From Fibrobacterota bacterium (GTDB lineage Bacteria; Fibrobacterota; Fibrobacteria; UBA11236), in assembly GCA_043753995.1 (NCBI GenBank), contig JAYUVP010000340.1:1-27472 (forward strand): a stretch of 27,472 bases of DNA. The letters run 5' to 3'. The translations under genes were made by a program, and so were the position numbers. This document shows positions 26,350 through 27,472 of this stretch, in pieces (the stretch's first letter is position 1; every line of letters begins with the position of its first letter). The notes beneath the pieces are model-generated. The model was not told the DNA's origin. It ran no database searches and saw only the letters and a program-made list of their open reading frames with translations.

Positions 26350-27208
26350 GCACGGCTTCGCGGCGCCCTAAAAAGCGCTGGAACAAACCCTTGGGCATAG
26401 CTTCGACATCGACCAAGACCAAATAATCGATGGTTTTGAATTGCCTATCGATGGCGGGATCGCTGCAAACCCAGCCGCCCAAATTGAGATAGCCCTGTAA
26501 AAGGCGAGGGATTTCCACCGTGGGCAAATCGGATCCGGCCTCGGCGGCGGGACAAGCAATGCCGGGGCGCGGCGCAACCCACAAAGCGGGATGCAATTGC
26601 CCCGCAGCCTTCAATTGTTCAAGCAAGGCCTTGCCCGTTGCGGGGTCCTGGCTCGCCAGGGAGCAGCAGCCGAATAAATACCGCTTACGATTATGGTGCA
26701 GATAATTCGCCAGGCCTTTCCAAAGCAATTGCAGAACGCGGCCATTGCGATGGGCGCGATCAATGCAGGCGCGACCGACTTCGACGGCATCGCGCAACAA
26801 GTCCATGGGCATATCCTCAATGGCGAATTCACCTGCGCTATAAAAGCCAAGATATCGGCGCGCCATGGCCAAGGTCTGCATGCGATAGGTTCCCACCAAG
26901 CGGCCATTCGACTTTTGAATCACCAGGAGGTGATGGCATTGGGCATCGAAGGCATCCTCGTCGCGGCCGGTCAAGAAGCTGGCTTCCAAGCCCTCATTCA
27001 TTTCGAGATTGTAAACTTCGAAGCGCAATTTGAAGACTTGATCCAAGTCTTCCGCATTTTGTGCGAAGCGAACCTGATACTCGCCCGCATCCGATATCAG
27101 GGGAGGAATGCCTTCCCGGTTCAGTGGATATAAATTCAAAGAAGCACCGGTCCCAGAAGGCATTCCAGCTTGGGTAGCTGGCATGGGTATGAAATCTCTC
27201 GCGTGCAT
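26342..27208 (-). CDS. olsB: GNAT-fold N-acyltransferase, probable ornithine N-acyltransferase (OlsB-like)
   Basis: LRFEVYNLE, DEDAFDAQCHHLLV, VGTYRM, FYSAGEF, VEVGRACI..HR.G, YLFGCCSL, P.LLQGYLNLG..C..PAID..F.TID; AGGAG SD before ATG 27208. Confidence 0.82.
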   Translation of the reverse strand: MHARDFIPMPATQAGMPSGTGASLNLYPLNREGIPPLISDAGEYQVRFAQNAEDLDQVFKLRFEVYNLEMNEGLEASFLTGRDEDAFDAQCHHLLVIQKSNGRLVGTYRMQTLAMARRYLGFYSAGEFAIEDMPMDLLRDAVEVGRACIDRAHRNGRVLQLLWKGLANYLHHNRKRYLFGCCSLASQDPATGKALLEQLKAAGQLHPALWVAPRPGIACPAAEAGSDLPTVEIPRLLQGYLNLGGWVCSDPAIDRQFKTIDYLVLVDVEAMPKGLFQRFLGRREAVHG

Positions 27209-27279
27209 AAAATTCTCCTGCGCGATCCCAGACAAGGACCGCAAGCGATGCAAGGGTAGAGGAACCATGGTGCACGTGG

Positions 27280-27308
27280 GTTGCGGTCACGTCACAGAGG
27301 CGTTACGG
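27280..27308 (-). promoter_or_regulatory. Three 11-bp-periodic direct repeats, Pho-box/OmpR-family-like
   Basis: Minus strand CCGTAAC-gcct-CTGTGAC-gtga-CCGCAAC, 72-100 nt upstream of the olsB-like start. Confidence 0.4.
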
Positions 27309-27318
27309 AGGCACGGTT

Positions 27319-27471
27319 TCAGGAATTAGGGTCACGCACCGGCGATATGAAATGAGAGGGCACTAGGGCCGCAATGGGCAGGTAATCAAATCGCAATAGT
27401 GGGCCGGTATGATTCTCCTCAAACCTCGGGGATAACCATGATTTGGCCGCACCTATTTCCCTCTCCCACCC
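27319..27471 (-). CDS. Possible 3' end of a gene entering from the right edge
   Basis: One minus frame is open from the edge to TGA at 27319 (GWEREIGAAKSWLSPRFEENH...); too short to verify. Confidence 0.25.
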   Translation of the reverse strand, partial: GWEREIGAAKSWLSPRFEENHTGPLLRFDYLPIAALVPSHFISPVRDPNS

Positions 27472-27472
27472 T

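Noticed and set aside
1..27472. CRISPR array, tRNA/rRNA, transposase or integrase
   Set aside because: No regularly spaced repeat-spacer units, cloverleaf or recombinase motifs were seen; the three GC-rich repeats are dispersed, not arrayed.

Overview
A 27.5 kb GC-rich bacterial chromosomal segment, most likely from Fibrobacterota, inferred from a canonical fibro-slime protein and Fibrobacter-style C-terminal domains. It holds about 21 genes: a partial GSDH/PQQ sugar dehydrogenase, a Cys-rich lipoprotein, a TauE/SafE exporter, an orphan modA preceded by tandem ModE-like boxes, a translationally coupled cohesin-like/FlgD-Ig and dockerin/DUF3160 gene pair, an MDR oxidoreductase, a fibro-slime protein, YfaP-TPR, a CE4 deacetylase, an expansin-like lipoprotein, an SDR, DUF1905, a ConA-like secreted protein, a stand-alone 227-aa protein with a gasdermin-like pore-forming pattern, an MMPL/RND exporter, CorA, a GCS2 ligase, a YeeE/YedE pair and olsB-olsA-like acyltransferases. 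The strongest leads are the orphan gasdermin-like gene with no adjacent protease, the non-cellulosomal cohesin-dockerin pair, and a three-copy GC-rich extragenic repeat always oriented the same way behind stop codons. No rRNA, tRNA, CRISPR array or transposase was seen. All family calls come from motif recognition by eye; no searches were run.
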